Source: Klebsormidium nitens
Taxonomy: Eukaryota; Plantae; Klebsormidiophyceae
Reading direction: 5' to 3'
Assembly: GCA_000708835.1 (NCBI GenBank)
Contig: DF237103.1
Location: forward strand, 105,185 to 169,184
Length of the DNA stretch: 64,000 bases
A program made the position numbers and the translations under genes. Below are positions 1 to 12,670 of this stretch, piece after piece (position 1 is the stretch's first letter; the number at the start of each line of letters is the position of its first letter). The notes under the pieces are model-generated. The model saw only the letters and a list, made by a program, of their open reading frames with translations, had not been told where the DNA came from and did not search any database.

Positions 1-1639
1 GCCTCCGTTCGCACGTCTGGGAGCGGTTTGAATCGATTGTTGAGACTGTCCTCTAAATGGACGTCAAACCTGCAACACATCAAGGATCAGTCTCACTGAA
101 TTTGGTCTGGATTGGTTGGATAACGCTTTTGCGTGAACCCGGAGCAGCAGGAGGCTTTCACAGTGTGACCTCGCTCAGCAACTGTAGGGGGATAGGAGGT
201 GCAGCAACTTTGATGAGGGGAGGGGCCTCCTTTTCCAGACCGCTCTTGACCTACAGTCATCAGCGCAGACAATCCCCTGGAAAACATAGATCACGGACGA
301 CATCTCCAAAGAGAGCCACAGACTTTCCCCAACACAACACGAAAAATGACTGCTTGTGGCCAGGCTATCCAATGCTGGCAGACTTGAACATACAAAAGCA
401 ATCTTTGTTCTGCTCAATTGACTCACTTCACTTCCACACTATCGTCACTCCCAGGCATGCCCCTATCCGCCGTCAAAAAGGATGCAACATCCGCAGGCGG
501 GGGGTCTGCTTCACTCCACTGCACTCGGATAGCGTCAGCCCGGTTGCAGTGTCCGTAGTGCTCCAAGCTCCGCTTGAGCAGGTCGTGCCGCTTGAATGTG
601 TTCACCACTATGGTGTACCTGCAGCCCGCATACGTGTTGACATGAGCACATGCACTATTCTAAGTTGATGTGGGAACCTTCAAGTTGGGACTGGATAAGT
701 TTCCAGGCAGCTTGGAAGAAGCTAATATGAGCGCGGTCCGATTGGCCTGTCAAGGCAAAGGCAGGTTAAAGCGCCCGAAGAGCGGCAATCCTTGGAGTGT
801 TTAACTGAAGCAAAAGCAATGGTACACTATGCAGGAGTGAGGTTGTCAATCTGAGTCGCAGGATTGCTGAAGAAAGCAAGATACAAAGATCGCAAGGGCT
901 TCCTCGTCAGAAGCGCTGATTCAGGGCCTAAAGCAACGCTGAAGCGGCCTGGCAATTGGACAACTGGCTGGCAGTATGTCTCTTTGGAGCCTAGAGTTGA
1001 AGCAGGCATAAATTTACAGTTGATGAACACATCGGGTATTGAAGACATCCCAAGGAAGTCCGTTTACGAGTCCTTAAATTGGGTGTAATGTGGCCACTTG
1101 AGAATCGCAGGTCCTCAGCAATCCCTTGAGCTCAGCATGGTGGCATGAGGATTGTGGGTAAGCTGTTTCCCAAATAAGAAGATATCAGCTTACTGAGCGA
1201 GCTGCAGTCATGAGATTTGAGGAAAATAGATCTGCTTGACTATATTGAGCCTCACAATCAGAAGTTGCACACCAAGGTGACAACACTTCTCCAAGACTCC
1301 CTGCTTTGAGCGGTCATCCTCAAGTGCTTTTTCTTCCTTTACTTTCTGATGGCCCAGTAGAAGGAGGAGAAGAAAGGAACAAGGTGCACAGTTCTGCACC
1401 TACCGTTTCTGCTTTCCTAGCTCAGTCAAACCCGGCGCCTCAGCATACCACGTATCCTGCCCCGTCCACCCTTTGCAAATCACAACCAGCGTGGCTGAGA
1501 AGGCAAGGATGGAGAACAAGATGCTGAAGCGGACACTTTGGCTCATGCTCTTGTAGTGCCATCCCCGCGACTTCCCCTTGTACCAGCATCGAGGAGAGTG
1601 CATCTTGGATCGACGCTTCGACCAAGCTGGCTTGAGCAT
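1..1639 (-). CDS. EPC1: Glycosyltransferase family 64 (EXT2/EPC1-like glycosylinositol phosphorylceramide mannosyltransferase); 3' end runs off the window
   Basis: Exons 1639-1404, 618-427 and 69-<1 join in phase via GT-AG sites. The protein has an N-terminal TM segment (FSILFSILAFSATLVVIC), then RYTIVVNTFKRHDLLKRSLEHY...VQWSEADPP...FDVHLEDSLNNRFKPL, matching the GT64 family. Confidence 0.9.
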
Positions 1640-3889
1640 CCCTAGGTAAGACTCTCCATGGAAGCTGGCAGCGCAACCCCCCGCTGTCCTCCAGAATGAA
1701 CTCGAGGCGCTTGATACTGTCGCATAGTCGGGCTGCTAGCTGATATTAGATCACTGCCAGCGCAATCTGGCTTGCCTACCGTAGCTAAATGCTGCACAGT
1801 GCACAGCTACCTGATGCTGCAATGGCATCCATCGTTTCCTCGCAACAATGGCCGCGGCGCCCATATGATCCTCGATCTAACAGATCGCGAGCGCAACTGT
1901 TGACATCAACACCTTTCCTCAAGGAGGGGGGGGGGTTGGAATCTTCGCGGGAAGCTCGGAGCGCTCCACGACAAACTTTAACCGATTGAAGTCAAGAGCA
2001 AAACAGGAACCGTCGATTGGGATTTGACGGCTCGATGAGTGGTACCGAAAGTCGGAACCTTACCGGTTTTAAACGCCAAACTCAAGTGGTACGGTCAAGT
2101 GGGTATGTATCGTAACCTTCTCGGGCGCCGGTTTCGACGATACATTTTCCTCCCCGCTTTGAATTTGAGACGTATCGAACACCCGTCGAAAGCAACATGT
2201 TGTCCCTGCGTTCGAGGGGCCCGAGTTTGCATGAGTGATCCTAATCTTTCACAGTAGGTACGAAGTTTGAAATTTCCCGTGGCGCGGATCGATGCGTACG
2301 GTTTCGAAAGGTCCAGATTCAACCTCCTTCTAAGTCCAAATAGGTACCGGTATGCTATATTGCAAGTCTTCTTTTCACCCCCCCCTCAGACTGACGGCCG
2401 CCTGAAAGGACGGACTCTCCGAGTCCTCATCAACGGTGCAAATCAAATTCATCTATTAAATGTTTCCAACTTGTCTGATGTTCCAATCAAATTCATCTGA
2501 AGTTAGCCTGCGACTTGGCATGTGTCGGCGCCAAGAGTGACATGGCAACGGATGGCAACTAGGTACCTACCTAGAGGGATGTCTTGTTCTGCAGTTTTAG
2601 CCGGATTTGATGCAGCTGGTCCAAGTCCTGGCGCGGGCAGGAGCAGCATCCTAGCAGCATATCCTCATGTTAGAGCCAGTAGATCCAACCGTCCTGGAGT
2701 ACTATCCTGCCAGACCGAAGTTTGACATACGGTATCTAAATCCACTGCCTTGAATTACACGTGTGCATGTTGAACCGTCATTCTCCGATCCACACATGTG
2801 TCTCAGACGTCTTCAGAACTAAGAGGTGGAAGAGATTGGCTCACCATAACCTGACGCTTAAGAGGGTTTTTGAGGGGTGTGGAACATTGGCCAATGTTCT
2901 CCACATATAGGGTCTTCAATACTCGAATATATACGTATTATGTTTGCATGCAGATACACAAGTGTATCCTGCCGTAACCTACAGATTGTCAGTCTTCATT
3001 TGAAAGATAATTGTTTCAAGCTCCCACATATGCATTACAATTTTCATATCAGAATGATTCCTATATAATCGAGTTTGTGTGCTGGATGGTCCCGGTTGGA
3101 TCTGCCAGTCGTGCTGTATTTTGCCAGTCGTCGATATAGGTGATTCAATACCCGACGGTACAAGTAGGTCTCGTTGCTACCCGTCAGTGAGCGCCAATCA
3201 GATTTACCGTGTACCGAACCTGCGTCGTTCAATATGACTTCAAGTAATTTTGATGACCAGAAAAGGCTGAGACTTTATAGTTCCGACTTCGCCGATGAAT
3301 CTCAGAGCGAAGAAGTGCCACTCGACCGCGGAGACAATCTCTTAATTATACGCATAGAGGTCGATAACGAGTGTGGGTTACGACAGACATAGCGAGCAAT
3401 CATGCAACCAAATATAACTACATGCGGTGATGAACGATCGAGCGAGGAAAAGTTTTCAGAACTTCTAAACGTTCTGTAGCACCCACAGGCACATGCATCG
3501 CGCTGGCACTCTCTTCCGTGGATTTTTGCGCCACCCAGACCAGAGCCTTCGGCTTTGAACTAACTTTCGAACCCGATGCCAGGAATGATGCACATGGAAT
3601 CTGCTCTTAAGCAAGCATCTAACCCACGTACTAACATCTGACGCCATGACACTCGGACAGCACCGTTACATCAGGCTTTACTCCAACCATGTCCACCTTT
3701 TAGTGCAGGCTAAGAAGTTTGAGAACTTTTGGCAACAATTGGTGCCACTATTGTGCTTGGTCATTTGACACTTAGCAAAGCTTTGCGCTGATAAAGCTTC
3801 TCCACACAATAGCGGGAACTTTGAATCCTCCAATCAGTAGCGGGAACTTTGAAATGAATTACTGGCATAAAGAATCAGTATAAATGACG

Positions 3890-6800
3890 TTACTCTATCC
3901 TCAACCCGGGGACCCCCTTGAGCCCCATCATCCCCACGGTCCTCCTCAAAAGGGCGGGCGGTTCCGACATGCCGAGGCACTCTGTCGCATAAAAGTTCGC
4001 TTGTTGCACGAGATCCGCCTTGGACCAACCCAGGTTCTTGCAGAAGGTATTGTAGAACCCGAGCCATGCCACGTACGCCTGCACCAGAGTCTTCTCCTCC
4101 AAGCGCGACATGCCGCGTTGCACCTGGACGGAGAAGGTGCGGGTCAGAGGAGCAAACAATGCCGGGAGAGTCCGCTCAAGATGACTGGTGAATGATTGGT
4201 TGCTGAATAACTGATTCTGAGCGGGAGAACGCAGTCTTTCGAAATCTGCACAGGCATCGTCACTACATAACGAGAGGTGCTGGTCATTGAAACAAGTTAG
4301 AAGCCGAGCAGACTTCCCGCTGCCCTCTTCTGTTGTTCTTGCTTCTTTGCTGCCCACTTTTGGGGAGGTCTGATCGGTTGGCAAGATCCAATTCTGGGTC
4401 GAAATTCGATGTGTAAGTTACTTGCGATGGTCGGCTGCGGTTCTCACCACATCAGCAGGGCCATTGAGAGGATTCAATATTGCCTAACAGAAGTGGGGTT
4501 TGGTAACCCTTAAAGCAGGTCGCAGGGCTGCCTCTCGAGCAGTACGGTCTTGAGTATGCCGAGATTGATAGTTACGAATCTCAGATTGGGGCAGAAAACT
4601 TGGGGATGATTTGGGAAAAGTGACCTAAATTCTTTCCATGGTCGGAGGTGGCACAAGAAGGTTTCTGGTAGTCACCATTCTAAAAACCCATCAAACCAAA
4701 CGAAAAGCCAAAACTGGTGCTTCTGCTCACCTCTTGTCGGATGTCCGCCTCGATGGGCACCGGGCCGTATTGCTCCAGAGGCAGATCAGCGACTTGTTTG
4801 AGGAAGTACTTCTCGTAGGGCGCCAGCATGAGAATCCCCTCGCCCTCCTTCCCAGCACGGGCGGTTCGGCCTAGCCGATGGATATACTGGGCTTTGTCGG
4901 TTGGTAGGCCCACCTAGAGGAAACGAAGGAGCGGCTCAAAAAAGCTGCAAGAGCGTTAACGAGAAACACGTCGCACCGCGTTTCTATCTGAGCTGCCTGA
5001 GTCTAGGACACGGTGAGTTGCTGATCAATGGGGATCACAATCGCCTAAAATTTCCGCCTAGAGCGAACGAACGAGCGACTTAGCTGAGGTGAAAGGAACA
5101 ACGAGGGTGACAGGAAGAGAATCACAACGTCTACCTACTTGGACTGCCTGATTCTGGGACTTAGTGAGTTTTTTTAGGATTCGAATTTGCTGCTTTTTCT
5201 CGGGACAAAAAGACAGATGCGAAGAAAAGACGGAGCTTCAGATCTGGATCTTTGGGAAAAGGTTCAGAGAAGCTGACCGTCAAATACACAAGCTTCCCTG
5301 AGCACTCAGCTTGCACAAGTCACCACAGAAGCGCAGGAGTCAAGCGCCCCCTCATAGGGCATTCCAAACTCCTATCAAACGGACTCCACTCCCTAAATCG
5401 CTACCTAAGGGTCAACGGCTTCGAAGAAAGGCAATTGTTTTGGGCAACAGCAATCTTCACACGCCCTCCTTGGAGCACCGCAGAGCCGCCTACTGAAAGC
5501 CCTGTCTCTGTCCACTGATCAAAACACACAACCACCCGCACGTCAGTTCACCTGTAGCACCATGCTGACGTCAGGGTAGTCGACGCCGCGCGCCGACACG
5601 TCGGACGTGAAGAGTACGACGCGCGAGCCCTTGCGGAACTCCTCGGAGGTGCGTGTGCGGGCGGCCTGGCTCTTGCGCGAGTGGATCTCGAGCGCGGGGA
5701 AGCCAATGCCCTGGAACAGCTGCGCGTACAGCTGCGTGGCGCGGGCGGTCGTCAGGAAGACGAGGACCTGCGGGGGCGAGGTGACGTAAATGTCAGCAAT
5801 AACGCCGCAGTGTCTGGAGGTGACGTCATGGTGGTTGAAACCAACAGGATACAGAAAGCAATCGTATGGTGCGCGTACAGCTGCATGGCGCGTGCGGTCG
5901 TCAGGAAGACGAGGACCTGCGAAGTGACGTCAGTGTGTTGATAAGTGACGTCGATGGTTGTGCGCATTTGGGGCCATGATGAGAGAAGCTGCGCATACAG
6001 CTGCGTGGCACGGTCCGTCGTCAGGAAGACGAGGACCTGCGGGGTGACGTCACAGTGATAGAAAGTCACGTCCCCGTTCGAAAGTAATATCACAGTGGTT
6101 GTCAGGATGATTAGGGAGTGACGTGAGATCAACAAGAGAAAATGGAGGCGAAGGGGCCTGCCATCGGTACAAGGGAGCGCCAAACGTGTTCCCGTGCACT
6201 TTGAGAGGCCTGCGCGTGATCAACAACCGTCGAAGTGCTAGTCCCAGAACCAAGAGCGGTTATCTAGTCTGCACAATTGGGAGGCTTCGGGAAATTGGTT
6301 CTGTCAGAGAAAACAGAGCTGACAATTGGGAATTTGGAACGAGAAGAAAGAGGTCGAAGAGCTGAAAACTTCTCACCTTGAAGTTCCTCTCCTCCCGGAT
6401 GTGTTGGCGCAGGATGTGGAAGGTGGCGCCGATTTGATCGGCCAGAGGAATGACAGCGTACGATTGCTTCACCTGCGGCAGAGCAGCGCACACAGTAGTT
6501 AGTGGATAACCCGATGGTAACCAGACACGGTTCGAGGAAGATTGGACGGGAAGGCAAGAAGTCGAACAGTTAACTCGTCGCCTGCACAGCTGTGAACAAG
6601 CCCGATGGCTGATGCCAAGGAGGTCGTGCGCATGGACGAGTCGAGTGCAATGCAAAATCGTCAACGGCCAACAAAGCGCGATATGGTGCCGGGCTCTCGG
6701 TATGCCCAACTGCTTAGTCAACGCTGTAAAATGTACGAGGCCCCTCCAAATACATCAAAGCACAACCGCAAAACCAAGGGCAGATTATTCGGCTGAAATA

Positions 6801-9800
6801 ACTCTAACCAAGATTCCGGAAACGTTGCTTTCAACAGAGACCGGACTCGAACCAAAGAAGCCAGGACCTGACTTCTCTTCCTCCCGTATCCTCAACTCCA
6901 GCAGAACGAAGATCCGAGGCGACACATACAAGTCAAAGTCGACGCATTCACAAGAGATTCAAAAGCACAGAGAGACCGCGCAATTAAAAGGAGACGCATC
7001 GCTTACCTGAATGTTGGTCTGCTCCGTCTCCTCCCCAACAGTGTCAATGAACGCGTGGTTGGGCTTCAGCGCCAACTTTGACACCGTGTGAACTTGCGGG
7101 GGAATCGTGGCAGAGAACAGGAGTGTCTGCCGCTGACCCGGCAGGTAGCGCAAGATCTTCTCGATGGCGGGGCGGAAACCCATGTTGAGCAGGTTATCGG
7201 CTTCATCCAGAATGAGCACTTTGAGGCCCTTGAGGCGCTGCGGGACGGACGGCGTGTTGTCCAGATGGTCTTGGAGGCGGCCCGGGGTGCAGATGAGGAT
7301 CTGCGGAAAACAAGGTGGGGGTACACGAGTTAGAGAAAGACTGGGGGGGTCTCTAGCCGAATCCATAAGGATGTGAAAGAAGAACAAGTTGGAAGTGTTG
7401 ATGGAGCTGCCTCGAAGGGGGCCTGCGTTGCAGGCGGTGACTTCCAAGAAGCGAGAGGAAGGCTCAAACAGAACAATCTAAAGACTGAGGTTCATCATTT
7501 CAACCCCTCCAAAGTAAAAAAAGAAGCAATGAACAATTCGAATGCCCCGACGAGCAAACGCATTGCGAAGTCTGTTCATGCTGCTCCATAGCTGGCTGCT
7601 TTTGCGATTCAGAGACAATAGCATGTCAGCATAATGAGGTTTCGCAGTTCAAGCTTCACGACGTGGACTTTTTACCCCTTCCATGAAGACCGAATGGAAA
7701 CCGCAAGAGCGTAGGTCGTGATCGCCTTCAAAATTCGTTCCATGTTTCCCCATGAAAAAAAAATCGGTTGAAGATAGAGCAGAACATTTCCAAATTGACG
7801 TCATCAGGGTAATCCGTTAGAGTGGCCGTAGGATGTGCACGTTCTCATTGGGTGTCACGATGTCGCAAGGCCCCTCCACAAGGCTCCTCCGGATGGCATA
7901 CTGTAAGTTGCTAAGCGAGTGTGACGTCCACCAAATGCCGACGCTTACTTTAGAAGGGTGACCGGACAGACCAGCAGAATGGTTGAGAAGGCTCACTTCT
8001 GCCGGCTGACTCTCCAGCCTGCGCCGGTCGCTGTTGATGTTGGAGCCTCCAAAGATGATCTCGGACCGCAGCGGGTGATACTTGAGCAGCGCCTTTGCCT
8101 CCGCCTCGATCTGCTGCGCCAACTCGCGTGTCGGCGAGATGACCAGCACCTCGATATCTGGGTTGGAGCTGCGCCGGCCCCCGCGAGCGAGGATCCTCTC
8201 GATGGCAGGTATCTGCCGGGAAAGAAGGGGGGTGAGTCGAGTCATCGCTGAATTCAGGTGGAGTGTCATTCAGAAACCTGGTTGGAGCCTACTTGAGCTG
8301 CTTGTCCGCATCAGAGGAACATAGCATTTTGTGTGAACTACTGACGAGGTTGTCGAGGCGGACTTAGACACTCACAAGGGAAGGCAGTGATAAGCATTTG
8401 ACATTCAAATGCAGTCCACCCCAACGTGCGACTTTGACAGGCTGACAGCTCTTTAAACTTTTGCTGGGACCCAGGTCTCAAAACACACCCCCTGCACAGC
8501 CCTATAGACCAGGTGAACAGAATCCGCCCAAGCCAAGTGAAGAAGACTTCCGCCTATGCCAATTGAAGGAGACTTCCCGATCTCCAATAAATTTGGGCCA
8601 TCACCTTCCAACTGAACGACCTCAGCTTTGTACGGGCTTGACGGGGCGCATAGGCAGGTTGCAATGATGTCTTCGGAGACATCTTTTGCCAGATCTCAAA
8701 ATCGGCAGCAAAAACCTTCATTCTGTGTGTTGATAAATCAGCTGAAGGAGCTCCAAAATAGAAAGTAATGGAAGCCCCAGCTTCATCACGGTTCTAGCAA
8801 ACCTTTTAATCACCACCTTGACAAGGGCAAGCTGGCAGGGAACAATCTTGGGGCCTAAGCATGAGCTGTCCGCTCAACCACGTAAGAAGGTTTCAGGAAT
8901 TGACTTGAGCTGATCTCGCACTCACCAAGAAACCAAGCGTCTTTCCAGTCCCGGTTTTGGCTTTGGCCAGCACGTCCTTCCCATCCAAGCACGCTGGGAG
9001 AGTCGCCTCCTGAACTACCGTCATCTTCTCGTATCCAAGGTCCTCGTGCAAAGCCTTGATTGTGGGGGGTGAGAGGTTGAAGGAATCAAACCTGCACACA
9101 CACATGCCCACAATTTGAGTATGTCAGTACAGGCCCCCAAGCTGCTAACACACCCTTTCTTCGCCTACAAGATCTCCTGGCGGTTGATAAGCCATAGTTT
9201 TCATATCTGCAATGATGCCATTTTGGTGAGATCTGCTGATGACGCTGAAGTTGACCAACCGTGCGAAGGAGTCTGGTAATGGTAAAACCCTAACCCTAAT
9301 TTGGCACTAACATGCATTCCTGCACCACACCACCCTGCCATCGCAGCTGAAATCACATACTGACCAGCTTTAGACCCAATTCCTACACAGCGTAACCAAC
9401 TCCTATTGTCTCTGATTCATAAGATATTGTCCCTCACCTTGTCTCTGTTATGAAAGCTGGGTTGCCCCCGCTCCCCCCTGTGGTAGATCTCTCTGCATCA
9501 ACTGCAGGGCGGTCTTCCTCCCCCTCTGACTCTGACAGTGTCTCGTCAATCAGCTGGCTTTGCGCTGGAGGCCGCCTCGAGACTGGCGGAGCTCTTCTTT
9601 GGTGCTGCTGAACAGCTGCAGCTGACATCGAACCACCTGGCGGCCCTCGTTTCCTCTCCCCAGACCCCCCCCCAACAGCACGTCCATTCCCCCTTTCTTC
9701 AACCATCCCCGAGCCTCGCCCGTTTCTTCCCCCGCCCCGACCGCCACGCCCAAAACCATTGCCCCCTCTCTCTACTCCAGCCCCATTCCTTCCATACCCG

Positions 9801-10255
9801 TTGCCTTCCTGCTCAAAATTCTCCTGGTAACCTCTCCCTGGGTTCTGCATTTGAGGACGGCCCCCATGGTAGCTCCTCTCCTGCTCAATTGTACGGGTGC
9901 CGCCCCCTCTCCGTCCCCGACCACCACCCCTCCCCCCTCGGGAAGAGCCAGAGTCACCCCCATATCTGGCCTGGGTATTCCGCCCATCTTGGCTCGTTCC
10001 TGCCCCTGGCCAAGGAGCCGACATAGTACTCGGCTGATCTGACGAACTGGTATATGCTGCGGAAGAGGAGAGTCGTTCTGCAGCAGCTACTGGGTCTACC
10101 AAGCTGTTGGACAGCGACCAGAGGGAGCGCAGCGGCCCGAGCACCCGAAGTCTGGCAACCAACATGGGGCTGGAGAAGGAGGCTGTTCTCGACAGGGAGG
10201 CGCAGCTCGCGAGGGCGGCGTTAGCGAATTGGAGCTGCGAAGTGCAGAGAGCCAT
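3890..10255 (-). CDS. DEAD-box ATP-dependent RNA helicase, plant RH25/RH26/RH31 (yeast Mss116-like) family, with a probable organellar targeting peptide and RGG-rich N-terminus; about 740 aa
   Basis: Exons 10255-9438, 9091-8926, 8212-7997, 7300-7007, 6472-6377, 5767-5552, 4913-4731 and 4123-3890 total 2223 nt, in frame. Motifs seen: Q motif (GYEKMTVVQ), AKTGTGKT, SPTRELA, TPGRL, DEAD, SAT, SARGVDYPDV and HRLGRTARAG. Confidence 0.93.
4510..4548 (+). pseudogene. Inverted remnant of DEAD-box helicase coding sequence (LKQVAGLPLEQYG) in the last intron of the helicase gene
   Basis: Translates to 12/13 aa identity with exon 7 (LKQVADLPLEQYG, 4802-4764 on the minus strand); 29/39 nt identity, and 8 of the 10 mismatches are silent. 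Confidence 0.6.
5869..6036 (-). repeat. Two intronic partial copies (acceptor plus about 48 nt) of the start of helicase exon 6
   Basis: Copies at 6036-5989 (44/48 nt identical) and 5916-5869 (45/48 nt) match the true exon start at 5767. Each is preceded by GACGTCAC...CGCAG. Confidence 0.9.
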
Positions 10256-10639
10256 ACTGAAAAAGAGAGTTCAGAGATGGCTGCTTGTGGAGCTTGACAT
10301 TGTTGAGCAGTGGTTGAGAGAACTTAAGCGGATTACGCGGAAGATCAGATTCATACTTCAGCCCTAAGAAGATTTAGAAAGTAGAAAGTAGAAAGTTCTA
10401 ATTTCTGAAGGTTCCGTTTCCAGTGGGCGTGGCCTAGTGCCAGCTGCCCAGCTGCCTGATGGGAAGTGGTGCAGTGCTGTGCAAGTGTTGGTGGCATTGC
10501 ATTTGTGAAACGAGACATTGTCTTCTGAATCTTTGAAGATTGAAATTGACTTCAGCCCCAGCTTTGTTTTGACTTCGTGAACGCGCCCATTGCATTCGGC
10601 ACTCCCAGCAATTGCACCAACTTCGTTCTACCAGGCAAG

Positions 10640-12670
10640 ATGTTGAGGCGCACAGGGCTTCAGGCGCTTCGCAATGCTCTGAAGGCGGCTAGAGCGAGTG
10701 CCACCATTACCAGCCCGAGTGTCAGCGGCCGCTACGCCGCAGATCTGCCAAAGGGTTTCGCAAGCATTGCAAAGAGGTCAATTTCGGGAGCAGATGTGAA
10801 TGTGAACCCAGGCTTTGCAGTGGGGGCAGTTCGTTACTTCGCAAAGGGCGCAAAGTCAGACGGTTTGGCGCGGGCACTGGATCTCGAGATACAAGACCAA
10901 GAAAAGCAGTATGTGTCACCTAATGTGAGCAGAAGTCTGTCCATTATTGTTGTCTGTGGGCTCGCAAAAAGTTCAAATCACTTTAGCAATACAATTCTGC
11001 TGCCTTTTGGCGACTATCAGGAGAAACAGAGAACCTTGTGAATCTCAGAAGTTGTTTGTGCTTGGTCAAACTTCGTCCACTTTATTTTTCGCTTCTGAAG
11101 GCACAGCGTACGGTGAAAAGTCCGTTGCGTTGTTAGTTGTAGAAAAGGTGGTGCAGCAGGTGCAAAATCAGATTTTGCGGGAACCCTTATGCAATCACGG
11201 CTTCCCCAATCTGGAAGTTAAGACTTCCGCTCCACACTTGCAGACCAACTTTGTTTTGCGGTTCAAAATTCAGCAGCTTCCACTCTGAAACCACACTGTC
11301 ATGGTCCTGCTTTGCAATCTTACAAGTATGAGGCCTGTACTTTCGTGTTCATGAGCTTGTTATAAGTTACAACGCGAAGCCTTCAATTTCCTGGTCATGA
11401 GGAGTTGCAAAGAACCTGCTCTGTGGCACAACTTTTCCCCTGACTGCATGCTGACTTGCCTGCTTTTCACTCCAGTTTCATGTCCCACAAGAAACCAAAG
11501 CAGTTCTGTGAGGCTCGCAGGTGGAGCTCCCCCATGGCTACAAGGTCGTCGAGAGCCCTGGTAGCAGGAAGCTGACAGTGCGCAAAATGCATGGGAACGA
11601 AGAAATCGAGCTCATGACATACGTCGATCCTGAGATGGATGCTGCATACGCGGAGAGCGCTTACAATGATCCTGATGAAGAGGGAGATGGTGAAGAGAAT
11701 GCTGGGACTCCCCTGCACTTCATGGTCAAGGTTACAAAGGTACGCACCTGAGTTGCACTTTCTGTTTCTGATTGAGGGACTTCAATCCAAAACGCCGTTG
11801 CATTCTCCACTCTGATTGTCTGTCTGTCCAGTCAAAAGTGCAGATCTTATCTGTCATACCAGGCGAGAAACAGGGTGGGCGCCTCTGACAGTAGAATGTC
11901 TTGCTGAGCCTTGTTCTGCCGGGAATGTGAGCATTCAGCGATGGGAACTCCTGAGGTGGCTGGACTCTGAAAGCTCCTGCGTTGCTCATTCACAGACCTC
12001 CCGGCCTCTTCATTCGACAGTGATCTGTGTGACGAGTTGCGTCGGGTGTATCAATGGCTCTGCCGGAAAGTTGACTTTGTGAGGAGGCAGGTGCCTGACA
12101 GAAGACGCTCTTACACAGGGTGGCGAAGATCGTACCCTGGTCTTCGATTGTTCCTTCGAAGGAGGAGAGATCAGCATCGACGCAGTGCATGTTGAGGACC
12201 CCAGCATAAACGAGAGCGATGCCTATCCGGGACCGGAGTACAGGTAAGAACGTATCTTGATTGCTTGGGTGATGCGTCAGCTTGATTTCCAGGCGGTTGG
12301 TGCATACAACTGCACAGCTCTGAGCGGTCTGTACTCTGCTTCAAATGACTCCCGAACAACCATGCCCTACAGTTCCTTCACGGCAGAAGCAACTCGAGCA
12401 CCTTGCAAGCCCCTGTTTCTGCGCTGCTCTGCCCGCCTATCCTCTTCATTTGTTGCTTGCAACTGCGCTGCCGTCATGTGCTGACGTTTCAATGTTCAAT
12501 CGTTCAACAGCGAGCTGGACGAGCGACTGACACAGAACCTCAAGAAGTATCTGGTAGATCGTGGTGTGGACAACGACACTATGGAAGCCTTTGCCGACCT
12601 TAAAAACGACAAGGAAGAGAGAGAATATGGCAGATGGCTGAAGGAGGTGAAGAGCTTCGTCTCAAAGTGA
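10640..12670 (+). CDS. MAM33: Mitochondrial glycoprotein family (MAM33/p32/C1QBP-like) acidic matrix protein; about 262 aa
   Basis: Exons 10640-10924, 11521-11739, 12119-12243 and 12511-12670 total 789 nt. Arg/Ala/Ser-rich presequence (MLRRTGLQALRNALKAAR), then LDLEIQDQE, TLVFDCSF, YPGPEYSELDERLTQNLKKYLVDRGVD and KEEREYGRWLKEVKSFV. Confidence 0.9.

Noticed and set aside
57-668. 203-aa plus-strand ORF
   Set aside because: It is antisense to EPC1 exons and introns and has no recognisable motif.
1923-2390. Possible MITE bounded by a poly-G and a poly-C run
   Set aside because: The match is limited to the homopolymers; there is no extended TIR or target-site duplication.
9538-10026. 162-aa Pro/Ser-rich plus-strand ORF
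   Set aside because: It is the antisense shadow of the Gly/Arg-rich helicase exon 1.
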